NCBI GenBank assembly: GCA_012799115.1
Contig: JAAZLY010000166.1
Span: 1 to 42,890 of the forward strand
Length of the DNA: 42,890 nt
DNA from: Bacillota bacterium
GTDB lineage: Bacteria > Bacillota > Limnochordia > Darwinibacteriales > Darwinibacteriaceae
Direction of reading: 5' to 3'
Position 1 is the first letter of the stretch. The number at the start of each line of letters is the position of its first letter. A program made the position numbers and the translations under genes. A model generated the notes under the pieces. The model saw only the letters and a list, made by a program, of their open reading frames with translations. It was not told the origin of the DNA and made no database searches. Below are positions 19,169 through 28,080 of this stretch, one piece after another.

Positions 19169-21061
19169 TTACACTCCCGTTATCAAGACCGTAAGGTAAT
19201 ATAACGCCAGTGCAGCTAGGACCGTCAAAATGAGAAAGACATCTGTATTGAGATTGGAGAAGTTTAGGTTATTGAAAATTCCACCGCCTTCATAATCCAA
19301 TCTGCGGTTCACAACCATCAAGCGCCTATAGTAGCGTCGCAAGCCTCTGGTCACCAGCCTTGCAGGAGACTGATACATCTTACTTGCGCCGAGCTCCACC
19401 GCCTTATAGGCTTTAACAAACTGCCATCCCGCTACTTCTAGGCTAAGCCAGCCCGGCGGTTGGTAATGGAATAGATGGGTCTTCATGCCAAAGGCAAAGA
19501 AGGTTGCACCAATGGCTAGTGTAATCAGCATATCCCAGACAGCGGTACTCTCAAAGAAGCTGATATGGGTAAGATGACTGATATCAGATACTCCCGCAGC
19601 TAAAGTAGCAGGAATGACAAAGAGATTCAGGATCAACTGAGGTTGGGTACCAATGATCAACATAACCACGGCCAATAGGACCATCCCGGAGGCCAAGAAG
19701 GGTCCTTCCCCTGCTCCTTCCTTTAGCTTGGTCTTTTGCTTACCGAAAAACATGAGTCCAATCAACTTGACGAAGGATGCGGTGGTTCCGACACCCACAA
19801 GATTGAAGAAGCGCTCAGACCAAACCATGATTGGATTTCCTGAAAGAGCCACATCCAGAGCACTGTGATGGAGCAGGCTCTTACTAATAAATCCATTGAG
19901 ACCTGGGGTACCTGTAATGCCAAAAGCGGCAATGAGCATGCAGATTGCAGTTATCGGGTACTTCTTCCATAGGCCACCGAGCTTGTAGAGATTAAGCTCG
20001 CCTGTGCCCAAATAGATAATGCCTACACCCAAGAAAAGAGCGGACTTGAACAGTGCATGATTGAGAGAGTGGAAGATTGCCCCTGATACCCCATAGGCAC
20101 CTTGCCCTAAGACCAAGGCGGTACCAATACCGAGAATAATATAGCCCATCTGACTCACACTGTGGTAAGCCAGAAGACGCTTGGCATTCCCCTGCAAGAG
20201 GGCCAGACCGACACCTAGCAGCATGGTTGCAACACCAAGGATGACAACTAGAGTTCCAAGCCAGGGTACAAGACCTCCCAGACCCCAGTCAACGAGTTGC
20301 CCGGTGCGGATCATGCCATATGCGCCGGCCTTGATCAGAATTCCGGAAAGCAAGGCGCTACCCGGCGTCGGTGCCACAGGATGGGCCATCGGTAACCAAA
20401 TATGAACCGGAACCATACCCGCCTTGATACCAAAACCAAGGAAAAGCAGGATAACTGCCCAACCAAACAGAGCGGTGTCTGTTGGCAACAAAGCCGCAAT
20501 GCCTAGTTCAGTCGTCACTCCAGACACTAAGAGTAGGGCAATAGCTCCTGCGAGGCAAAGTCCGGCAGCGATACCGAGAAATAGATAGAAGTATCCAGCC
20601 CGCATGCTTTCTCGATCTCTGCGATGAATGACCCAGAAGAACGAAGCCACAGTCATGATCTCGAAGAAGAGTAACAGAGTCACGAAGTCACCGGCCAGAA
20701 ACACACCCTGGACAGCACCTAAGGTAATCAGATGGAAAACAGTGAAACTCAATGGACGTTCCTCGCGCTGCATATAGGTATACATGTAGATCCCTGTAAC
20801 CAGCCACACAAGAGCAGCAAAGAGTCCAAAGAGGGCCGATAGGCCGTCAAGGCGGAGGGTCGGCGTGAAAATCGATGATCCCCCCAATTGGCAGATTAGG
20901 GTTTCTCCACTCCTTTGTGCCAAGTAATTCATCATACTTCCAAGAAGGCTAAGGAATCCCACAGCAATGTTCAAGATCAATTGCCCCCGTAAGTCCTTAA
21001 AACAGGGCAACATAGCAGCACCCAAGAATGGAATGAGAATTAGGAATAAACTCCAATACAT
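19169..21061 (-). CDS. Antiporter-like subunit, NuoL/MrpA-core type, with a C-terminal extension of about 150-200 aa
   Basis: 630 aa. It has the Proton_antipo_M core (WLPMAHPVAPTPGSALLSGILIKAGAYG, LAYHSVSQMGYI). The extension is a charged amphipathic stretch (KAYKAVELGASKMYQSPARLVTRGLRRYYRRLMVVNRRL) followed by one final TM. SD GGAGGTGAAGGTGA is present. Confidence 0.8.
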   Translation of the reverse strand: MYWSLFLILIPFLGAAMLPCFKDLRGQLILNIAVGFLSLLGSMMNYLAQRSGETLICQLGGSSIFTPTLRLDGLSALFGLFAALVWLVTGIYMYTYMQREERPLSFTVFHLITLGAVQGVFLAGDFVTLLLFFEIMTVASFFWVIHRRDRESMRAGYFYLFLGIAAGLCLAGAIALLLVSGVTTELGIAALLPTDTALFGWAVILLFLGFGIKAGMVPVHIWLPMAHPVAPTPGSALLSGILIKAGAYGMIRTGQLVDWGLGGLVPWLGTLVVILGVATMLLGVGLALLQGNAKRLLAYHSVSQMGYIILGIGTALVLGQGAYGVSGAIFHSLNHALFKSALFLGVGIIYLGTGELNLYKLGGLWKKYPITAICMLIAAFGITGTPGLNGFISKSLLHHSALDVALSGNPIMVWSERFFNLVGVGTTASFVKLIGLMFFGKQKTKLKEGAGEGPFLASGMVLLAVVMLIIGTQPQLILNLFVIPATLAAGVSDISHLTHISFFESTAVWDMLITLAIGATFFAFGMKTHLFHYQPPGWLSLEVAGWQFVKAYKAVELGASKMYQSPARLVTRGLRRYYRRLMVVNRRLDYEGGGIFNNLNFSNLNTDVFLILTVLAALALYYLTVLITGV

Positions 21062-21079
21062 AGATTCACCTTCACCTCC

Positions 21080-22555
21080 CTACAAGATAAAGAACTGGTT
21101 AACCACGGCATGAACTAAGGGCCAAGTGAGTCCGGGCCACAGACCCAGAACAACTCCGAGAATCGCTAAAACCAAGGTTGGAGCCAACATCAGCCACACC
21201 AACCTAGTCCTCTTGCGCGGTAAGAGTTCAGATTGCCCCGAAAAAGCAGACACCGTTATGGGAATAAAGTAGAAAGCGTTAAGAATTCCGCTCACCAACA
21301 AAACGACCAACAGAGGCCAAGAACCAGTGACGAGGCTGCCTCGAAGGAGATAGTACTTGCTCCAAAATCCGCTCAAGGGCAACATGCCAATCATTCCTAG
21401 ACTGATAAGCCCAAAACTTCCCATTGTCAAAGGTAGGACACGTCCCACTCCCGATAGCTCACTCACCTTCAAATACCCTGTCTCCTCTGCCACAATCCCA
21501 GCTGAGAAGAAGAGTACGATTTTGAGCGTCGAATGAAAAATCATGTGCAAAATTGCGCCTGCCAGGGCCAGAGGATGGAGCAAAAAGGCCCCGAGCAAGA
21601 TGTATGCCAACTGGCTAATCGTCGAATAGGCCAAACGCCTCTTTAGAACATCTTGCCGAAGTGCGATTAAGGATCCCATAAGAATCGTAATGGAGCAAAT
21701 TAACAGCAGGAACGGACGTACCCCCATACTCTGAACAAGATCGGCTCCAAAGACCGAATACACCGTACGCAAAATGCCAAAGACACCAGCGTTGACAACG
21801 GCCACCGCGTGTAACAGTGCACTCACGGGCGTAGGTGCCACCATAGCCGCAGGTAGCCAGCCATGGAGGGGCATGATTGCCGCCTTGACTCCAAAACCGA
21901 GCAAGAACAGAAAGAATATGACGACCAGTCGCCCTAGGGGCAACCCAGCTAGTGCAGTGGGTAAACTGGCAAAATCAAGGATGCCACCCGTCCCAAACGC
22001 AAGCATGACAATACCAGCTAAAATGAAACTAGCCCCAACCAAGCTATACTTGATGTACTTGGTACCAGCTTGCAGTGCATCCTTAGTACCACTGTGTACA
22101 ACTAAAGGATACGTAGCAAATGTGAGTAACTCATAGAACAAGTAAAACGTAAAGAGGTTGCCCGAAAAGGCCAGACCCAGAGTAATCCCGGCCGATAACA
22201 GGAAAAAGGTGAAATACTGTTTCTGTTTATCATCGCCGTGCAGATAACCTATGGAGTAGACGCTAGCAAAGACCCAGAGAGTTGATGCAATCAGCCCATA
22301 GGTCAAACCCAGAGGATCAACTGCAAGCTTCAGGCTTAGCGAGGCTATCGCCAAGCTAATCTCGGGGTACACGCCCGAGGGAATGGCGAAGCCCAAGTGC
22401 CAGACCAGAATCATGCCAAGAAGTGCAGATCCGACCACAACACCATTGCGTAGGCCTTTTTCCTCTCTAGAAAGAAGTGCGACCGCAAGAGATCCAAGGG
22501 CGGTACTCAGAATTGCAGCAATAACAAAGGCAATACTCACTATAATACCCCCCAT
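21080..22555 (-). CDS. Antiporter-like subunit, MrpD/NuoM-N type (second copy)
   Basis: 491 aa and polytopic. Motifs WLPAAMVAPTPVSALLHAVAVVNAGVFG and LAYSTISQLAYIL. The start is either the ATG at 22555 (16-nt overlap) or the GTG at 22540 (TAGTG overlap with the upstream stop). Confidence 0.85.
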   Translation of the reverse strand: MGGIIVSIAFVIAAILSTALGSLAVALLSREEKGLRNGVVVGSALLGMILVWHLGFAIPSGVYPEISLAIASLSLKLAVDPLGLTYGLIASTLWVFASVYSIGYLHGDDKQKQYFTFFLLSAGITLGLAFSGNLFTFYLFYELLTFATYPLVVHSGTKDALQAGTKYIKYSLVGASFILAGIVMLAFGTGGILDFASLPTALAGLPLGRLVVIFFLFLLGFGVKAAIMPLHGWLPAAMVAPTPVSALLHAVAVVNAGVFGILRTVYSVFGADLVQSMGVRPFLLLICSITILMGSLIALRQDVLKRRLAYSTISQLAYILLGAFLLHPLALAGAILHMIFHSTLKIVLFFSAGIVAEETGYLKVSELSGVGRVLPLTMGSFGLISLGMIGMLPLSGFWSKYYLLRGSLVTGSWPLLVVLLVSGILNAFYFIPITVSAFSGQSELLPRKRTRLVWLMLAPTLVLAILGVVLGLWPGLTWPLVHAVVNQFFIL

Positions 22556-24045
22556 CGCAACAATGTCGCGGCAGCTTTTTGAGCGAGTTGCAGGACCTGG
22601 TGGGGAAATACACCAACCACAAGGACGAGAGCTGCCAAGAAGACCATCGCCACAAGTTGGACAGACGGCGCTTCGTCTTTAGCCGGAGTGGGCGTCGGAC
22701 GTACGAAAAGGGCCGTACGCAAAACGGGAAGCAGATAGGCGGCTGCTAAGAGACTACCCGCAACGAGTACGAGCACAGCAAGATAGTTGCCTTTGGCTAA
22801 AGCCCCGAGAAGCAGCTGCCATTTGCTTACAAAACCAGAAAACAGAGGAATGCCAATCATGGACAATGAGCCTATGGCAAATACACCTAGAGTAACAGGC
22901 ATTTTAAAGCCGATCCCTGCCATCTCACTAATTCGGGTCTTACCCGTCCGCTTGATCATCGCACCAGCAGCCAAGAACAACAACGCCTTCGTTAGAGCAT
23001 GGCTCAAGATGTGCATAAAGCTCCCTGTGAGACCGTGAATATTACCCAGACCAATTCCCAAGAAAATGTAGCCCACTTGAGAGACAGTAGAGAAAGCTAA
23101 GCGACGTTTTAACTCGTCTTGAGCCAAAGCAAACAAGGCCCCAGCAACAATAGCCCCCATGCCCAGGAGAGTGAGGATAGCCGTAATCGGGAGTTCCCAG
23201 ATTATCTGGGCCCCTACACCAACGTAAAATATCTTTAGGAGAGCAATAATGTACCCCTTAATGGCCAGCGAAGACAATATTGCGCTGGAAGGTGAGATGG
23301 CCGTGGAGTGAGCATCCGGCAACCAGACATGAAGGGGAAACAAGGCAGATTTCACTCCAAAGCCTACCGTAAAGAAGCTCAAAGCAACCCACAGAGCGGT
23401 CGGATAGTTCTGCCATGTCAGACGCAACGTTTGCCCGATATAATTCAGGTTAAGGTTGCCAGTCAATACAAAGAGGAAGCCAATTCCCAGTAAGACAAAG
23501 CCAGAGCCAATCGTGGCTAACATCAAGTACTTGAACGTGGCCGCCACGGACGCCGAGTCATTACGGGCAGAAACTATGGCGCAGCTTGCAATGGTTGCTA
23601 CTTCCACCATCACATAAATGTTGAAGATATCGCCGGTTATCGCCAGACCGCATAATGCAGCAACTAGGAGCAGAAACAAGGTCAAGAACCAGGCCGCCCT
23701 AGAACGGCTACCAACTTCCGCAACCAAGTCGTAGGAGGCATAGAGCATAATGGGGGTTGCCACAAGACCAATGGTAATTAAGAAGAATCCGGAGACAGCA
23801 TCTAAGGAAAGCTCAATGCCCCAAGGTGCAGCCCAGCCACCAACAGCATAGGTGAAGGAACCATGATTCAAAATTCCTTGACCTAGGTATATTCCTCCCG
23901 ATAATGCCAGAGCGATCATGAAGACAGCAAAAAACTCTGCAAAACGAAATCGCCGAATCTTGGTCAAAAGGGGCATCACATAGGCAGAAGAGAGCAAGGC
24001 GACCACAATTAGGACTGGTAGATTATCACGAACCACTAGTGACAT
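22540..24045 (-). CDS. Antiporter-like subunit, MrpD/NuoN type (first copy)
   Basis: Motifs WLPDAHSTAISPSSAILSSLAIKGY and LAFSTVSQVGYIFLG. The ATG at 24045 (MSLVVRDN) has SD GAGGTGGGGG upstream and overlaps the end of the mrpC-like gene. Confidence 0.85.
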   Translation of the reverse strand: MSLVVRDNLPVLIVVALLSSAYVMPLLTKIRRFRFAEFFAVFMIALALSGGIYLGQGILNHGSFTYAVGGWAAPWGIELSLDAVSGFFLITIGLVATPIMLYASYDLVAEVGSRSRAAWFLTLFLLLVAALCGLAITGDIFNIYVMVEVATIASCAIVSARNDSASVAATFKYLMLATIGSGFVLLGIGFLFVLTGNLNLNYIGQTLRLTWQNYPTALWVALSFFTVGFGVKSALFPLHVWLPDAHSTAISPSSAILSSLAIKGYIIALLKIFYVGVGAQIIWELPITAILTLLGMGAIVAGALFALAQDELKRRLAFSTVSQVGYIFLGIGLGNIHGLTGSFMHILSHALTKALLFLAAGAMIKRTGKTRISEMAGIGFKMPVTLGVFAIGSLSMIGIPLFSGFVSKWQLLLGALAKGNYLAVLVLVAGSLLAAAYLLPVLRTALFVRPTPTPAKDEAPSVQLVAMVFLAALVLVVGVFPHQVLQLAQKAAATLLRWGVL

Positions 24046-24433
24046 CGGCCCCCACCTCATTTCCTAGTCTTGTTAGCCTTGCAATTTCCCTAGCATCTAC
24101 TGTCCCATACGAGCGATATAACTTCATGATTAGGGCGAGGGACAGAGCGGTCACACTTACGCTAACCACAATACCGGTCAACATCAGAGCCTGTGGTAAG
24201 GGATGCACATAGACAAGATCCGAATTGGCTAGATCTAAAACCGGGGCTACCCCACCTCTTACATTACCCGCGGCAATGAACAAGACATAGATGCTCCCTT
24301 CCATGATATTGATGCCAATGACTTTCTTAAACAAGTTAGAGTGAGTCAAAATGGTATAAACACCGATGGCAAATAAGGCTAATGCAAAAACATAGGGATA
24401 ATTCTGTACTATACGGCTCCCAAACTCACCCAT
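24026..24433 (-). CDS. Mrp subunit C / NuoK-like
   Basis: 135 aa with three TM. Motifs NIMEGSIYVLFIAAG and LPQALMLTGIVVSVSVTALSLALI are typical of MnhC/NuoK. Confidence 0.8.
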   Translation of the reverse strand: MGEFGSRIVQNYPYVFALALFAIGVYTILTHSNLFKKVIGINIMEGSIYVLFIAAGNVRGGVAPVLDLANSDLVYVHPLPQALMLTGIVVSVSVTALSLALIMKLYRSYGTVDAREIARLTRLGNEVGADVTSGS

Positions 24434-24434
24434 T

Positions 24435-24860
24435 CTAATCCTCCTCTTCCATTAGCTCGAGAAACAAGGTTACCATGGTACTAGCTACCTTCAGGCCAAC
24501 ACCAAGCGTGATCAAGAGAATCAGGCCGCCCGAATAGAGACTACCTGGTTGTCCCACAGGAACCCCCGCTCCCTTGTTCATCAAAAAGCTTGCTCCTCGC
24601 AAAATTCCCACAAGTCCCATCGCTCCATACCAAAGCGCTCCAAAGGACTCTATCAAAGCCATGAGCCTCTCAGAGATCTTCTCCTCACCACGTTCAGTGC
24701 CAAAAACCAGATTAAAGGCAATAATCGATAGACCTGTGATGATCCCACCAGAAAAGCTGCCACCAGGGGAAAGATGACCGTGGAAGATGACGTAGAGACC
24801 TAGCATTGTCACAAAGGGCAACACTAGAGCTACCATCCGTTTTAGGACAAAGTCTCTCAC
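24435..24860 (-). CDS. Mrp subunit B (MnhB domain)
   Basis: 141 aa. The block FHGHLSPGGSFSGGIITG matches the MnhB GH..PGGGFqGG block. Confidence 0.8.
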   Translation of the reverse strand: MRDFVLKRMVALVLPFVTMLGLYVIFHGHLSPGGSFSGGIITGLSIIAFNLVFGTERGEEKISERLMALIESFGALWYGAMGLVGILRGASFLMNKGAGVPVGQPGSLYSGGLILLITLGVGLKVASTMVTLFLELMEEED

Positions 24861-25150
24861 CCTTGCTCACCCTTTCCAGTCGAGCCCTTCTTTAGGACCA
24901 TAAACACCGCGATAACAGCAGTAAATAAGACAGTCGTTTCAATCAATGTATCGTAAGCACGGTAGTCAATGACAATCGCTGCTACCATGTTCAAGGCCCC
25001 AGTATCACCTAGAGTGCCATGAACGTAGCGCTCTGCCACTTCATTTTGAGCTGGTGTGTCGGGAGAACCGTATAAAGGTAGCTCCGAAATGGCGACAAGC
25101 ATTACCAGACCAATGCAGACCAAGAGGACGATTGCTACTTTGTTCGCCAT
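24857..25150 (-). CDS. Small MnhB-N-terminal-like subunit (MbhE-like)
   Basis: 97 aa. The block NMVAAIVIDYRAYDTLIETTVLF matches the N.V.AI..D(Y/F)R..DTL.E block of MrpB/MbhE. Confidence 0.7.
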   Translation of the reverse strand: MANKVAIVLLVCIGLVMLVAISELPLYGSPDTPAQNEVAERYVHGTLGDTGALNMVAAIVIDYRAYDTLIETTVLFTAVIAVFMVLKKGSTGKGEQG

Positions 25151-25152
25151 AT

Positions 25153-25404
25153 CTATTCCACCTTTCTCCCAATCTTGCTGATCACCGCGATCATAAGCGT
25201 AGTCATGCCAATTCCAGCGGCCGCTTCGGTAATGGCCAGATCAGGTGCACTCATCAGTAGCCAGATCAACGCGATCGCTACGCTGTATGCCCCAAGGAGA
25301 ATGGCGGCATAAATCAAGTCCTTAACGTAAGACACCGCAATGGCGACCACAACCAAGAACGTAAGAAAAATGACATTCAATAAATCAGCGATGTTCGGAC
25401 TCAT
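25153..25404 (-). CDS. DUF4040-type subunit (MrpA C-terminal / MbhD-like)
   Basis: 83 aa with three TM. The block SAPDLAITEAAAGIGMTTLMI is typical of the MbhD/DUF4040 block ApDvAlTEa.VG.g. Confidence 0.7.
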   Translation of the reverse strand: MSPNIADLLNVIFLTFLVVVAIAVSYVKDLIYAAILLGAYSVAIALIWLLMSAPDLAITEAAAGIGMTTLMIAVISKIGRKVE

Positions 25405-25721
25405 AGGCCACTGGCCTCCCTGTCTTGCTTCGATTCTTCAACAACAATCCAGTTACCACGGAGTAAAGCAACCTTACTCACATAGTGGGAAATGGTCGGA
25501 TTCACAATCCACATGATAGCTAGAACTAGAACCAGTTTGACAATATTGACGACCCCATCCACTAAGAACAGCAAGCCCAAAACGATAGAAAGCAGACCCA
25601 ATGTATCCCCAAGGGATACAGCATGAATCCGACAATAGGCGTCTGGCATACGTGTTAGACCATAACTGGTTAAAGCAAAAAATAGGATACCAACAAAGAA
25701 TAGAACAAAGCCTATGGACAC
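25401..25721 (-). CDS. Mrp subunit G
   Basis: The block LTSYGLTRMPDAYCRIHAVSLGDTLG is MnhG-like (RfPD.y.R.HA). I prefer the GTG at 25721, which has SD AAGGAGAG upstream and overlaps the mrpF-like TAG by 1 nt. The listed upstream 43 aa are Arg/Cys-rich, non-membrane sequence. Confidence 0.75.
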   Translation of the reverse strand: MSIGFVLFFVGILFFALTSYGLTRMPDAYCRIHAVSLGDTLGLLSIVLGLLFLVDGVVNIVKLVLVLAIMWIVNPTISHYVSKVALLRGNWIVVEESKQDREASGL

Positions 25722-26050
25722 TATTTCCCCACTCTCCTTACAGTGAAGTGCACGAGTTGCTCTGGCCTGTGCTCGATATCGGCTGTCAAGATATCGGCAT
25801 CTTCCGGTAACAGCGAGCGCAGAAGAGCCAAGATCCCCACAAAACCGCAAAGTGCAAGAACAATGGCAACATCGATGTACCCCAAATTGTCACTGGAATA
25901 GGCCAAGAGTAAAATGATGGCTAATCCCTTCGTGGTAATAGCCGACGACGCCAAGATGCGATCCACTGCTGTTGGACCAATCACTGCACGAACAAAATCC
26001 ACTAAGGCCATGACGCCAAGGATTATAATGATAGCTAAAGATATACTCAC
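25721..26050 (-). CDS. Mrp subunit F
   Basis: 109 aa. The sequence AIIIILGVMALVDFVRAVIGPTAVDRILASSAITTKGLAIILLLA matches the MnhF/PhaF pattern GPt..DR..A.d. Confidence 0.75.
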   Translation of the reverse strand: MSISLAIIIILGVMALVDFVRAVIGPTAVDRILASSAITTKGLAIILLLAYSSDNLGYIDVAIVLALCGFVGILALLRSLLPEDADILTADIEHRPEQLVHFTVRRVGK

Positions 26051-26538
26051 TTAACTTTACTCCCTTCTAGAGCCTGAATGCGCCGAACCAAGAGTCCGTC
26101 AGCCAAGCCCTCTCGTAGAGATCTTGTAATACTATGCACCATAAACACACCAGTATCAGGGTTCACATCAATCGTTACAGTACCAGGAGTAAGGGTGATA
26201 GAATTAGCCAAAATCACTCTTCCCCAGGACGTGGTCAAATCTGGCCGGAACGTGACCACCCCTGATTCAAGTTCCCGTCTATTGAACAGGATTGTCCTTG
26301 CAACTACATAGTTGCCTACGATGATCTCCCAGAAGAGAGCTAGACCAAAACCTACAGTGGCCGGAAATCTCCTTATGAGTGATTGGCTCGGTAGTAAATC
26401 AGAAACATCACGCCAAAACCAGGTCACCAAACCTGCTAGTACGATACCCGTAATAATATGCTGCGCATCATACTCCGAAGAGAGTAAGAGCCAGAATAAG
26501 AGTAGTGCAATAAAAAGAACTATCTGACGTTTATACAT
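26047..26538 (-). CDS. Mrp subunit E
   Basis: Two N-terminal TM are followed by a soluble domain (RPDLTTSWGRVILANSITLTPGTVTIDV), as in MnhE. The ATG at 26538 has SD GGAGG 8 nt upstream. The listed start at 26580 falls inside the candidate -10. Confidence 0.75.
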   Translation of the reverse strand: MYKRQIVLFIALLLFWLLLSSEYDAQHIITGIVLAGLVTWFWRDVSDLLPSQSLIRRFPATVGFGLALFWEIIVGNYVVARTILFNRRELESGVVTFRPDLTTSWGRVILANSITLTPGTVTIDVNPDTGVFMVHSITRSLREGLADGLLVRRIQALEGSKVK

Positions 26539-26578
26539 TTCCTCTACCTCCATATCGATAGGGCCTGTGTCCACAATC

Positions 26579-26607
26579 ACTATATCGTTTTGTTAAAATG
26601 TGATCAA
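26579..26607 (-). promoter_or_regulatory. Candidate sigma-70-type promoter of the mrp-like operon
   Basis: On the minus strand: TTGATC (26607-26602), a 17-nt spacer, TATAGT (26584-26579). Confidence 0.4.
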
Positions 26608-26769
26608 GTAAAATCATAGTGAACATAGGGATTTGCATCACAAACTCTCCGTTTATCGCCCATTCCTGCCGGTTTCCGGGTCAACCTCCTATGCAGGAGC
26701 GGCTGACAGGAATACTATGTGTAAAAGAGAAGTAGTCTGAGGGACTTAGTCTCTGAGGGAGGAATATTG

Positions 26770-28080
26770 ATGTGTGATACTATGGTCGCTTTAGGCAATA
26801 CCACAAAGGATGGGAATGTGATTTTTGCCAAGAACAGTGATCGCCAACCCAACGAGCCGCTACTCATGGTAAGGGTACCGCGCCAAACACATGTAGAAGG
26901 TGCGCGGCTCAAGTGCACCTATATTACGATTGATCAAGCCAGGGAAACCTATGATGTGCTACTTTTCAAACCTTCCTGGATGTGGGGTGCCGAAATGGGT
27001 GCCAATGAGTTTGGCCTGAACATCGGTAATGAAGCGGTGTTCACCAAAGTCAAACAAGGGCCCCCTAGTCTCCTGGGCATGGACTTAGTGCGCCTTGCTC
27101 TAGAGCGGTGCAAGACCAGCACCGAGGCCCTCCACCTGATCACCGATCTCTTGGCCCAACATGGCCAAGGCGGAAATTGCGGTTATGAGAAGAACTTTGT
27201 CTATCACAACTCATTCCTGATTGCGGATCGCACTTCTGCTTGGGTGCTCGAGACGGCCGGTCCCTATTGGGTCGCTGAAAGAGTAAAAGACGTGAGGGCG
27301 ATCTCGAATCGACTGAGCATCGGAAAGGACTTTGATTTGGCCCATCCGGAAGTCGTGGACTATGCCGTATCCAGACGATGGTGCAAGTCGGCTGAAGACT
27401 TCGACTTTGCACGCTGTTACTCTAATCCTCTAATCACTAGATTCAGCGGTTCAGAAAGCAGGCAGAGCATTTGCTCCACACGACTCGAGAAGGAAAAGGG
27501 GCAGATCACGGTCCAAACCATGATGGACATTCTTCGTTCCCATGAGGAAAAGGCTAACAGCAAGGGCGTTTTCACCCGGTCTTCCCTCGGTAGTGTATGT
27601 ATGCACGGAGGCGGGCTCGTAGGCGATCATACTACAGGGAGTTATGTCGCCTCGCTGGGTAAACCCTTTGATAGCTACTGGATCACCGGAAGTTCGACAC
27701 CATGCATTTCGATCTTTAAGCCTTATTGGATGACAGAAAACGATATTGTCTTTGGTGAAGATCAGGAAGAAGAGGCACTGGAATACTGGACCTTCAGGGA
27801 AGAGTTTCATCGACTCGTCCTGCAGAATAAGGTCTTCGAACTAAAAAGGCACCTTGCGAAAGGTGCTGAACTAGAAAAGCAAAGCCTGGCGGACATAGCC
27901 TCTCTAGATGCGAATACAGATCCACAAGTATTAGGGACCATCATGACCAGGGCATGGCAAGCTGAACAGAAACTCATGGAGGCCACAATAAACAGAAGTC
28001 GGCCCAATGCCGGCAACTTCAGGGGAAGTCCTAGGTTCAGACGTTACTGGCAAAATCAGACCCAAAGACTAGGTTTATAG
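26770..28080 (+). CDS. Peptidase C69 family, secernin-like Ntn-hydrolase
   Basis: MCDTMVALGNTTKDGNVIFAKNSDRQPNEP has Cys directly after the initiator Met, which is the Ntn nucleophile. Other blocks are WGAEMGANE, LLGMDLVRLALER, HGQGGN and AWVLETAGPYWVAE. These closely resemble eukaryotic secernins as I remember them. The ATG at 26770 has GAGGGAGG 7 nt upstream. Confidence 0.8.
   Translation: MCDTMVALGNTTKDGNVIFAKNSDRQPNEPLLMVRVPRQTHVEGARLKCTYITIDQARETYDVLLFKPSWMWGAEMGANEFGLNIGNEAVFTKVKQGPPSLLGMDLVRLALERCKTSTEALHLITDLLAQHGQGGNCGYEKNFVYHNSFLIADRTSAWVLETAGPYWVAERVKDVRAISNRLSIGKDFDLAHPEVVDYAVSRRWCKSAEDFDFARCYSNPLITRFSGSESRQSICSTRLEKEKGQITVQTMMDILRSHEEKANSKGVFTRSSLGSVCMHGGGLVGDHTTGSYVASLGKPFDSYWITGSSTPCISIFKPYWMTENDIVFGEDQEEEALEYWTFREEFHRLVLQNKVFELKRHLAKGAELEKQSLADIASLDANTDPQVLGTIMTRAWQAEQKLMEATINRSRPNAGNFRGSPRFRRYWQNQTQRLGL

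Noticed and set aside
26733-26760. A near-tandem repeat TAGTCTGAGGGA / TAGTCTCTGAGGGA just upstream of the C69 peptidase start.
   Set aside because: It is real in the sequence but very short. The second copy simply provides the SD (GAGGGAGG). It is most simply a small local duplication, and I cannot support a regulatory role.
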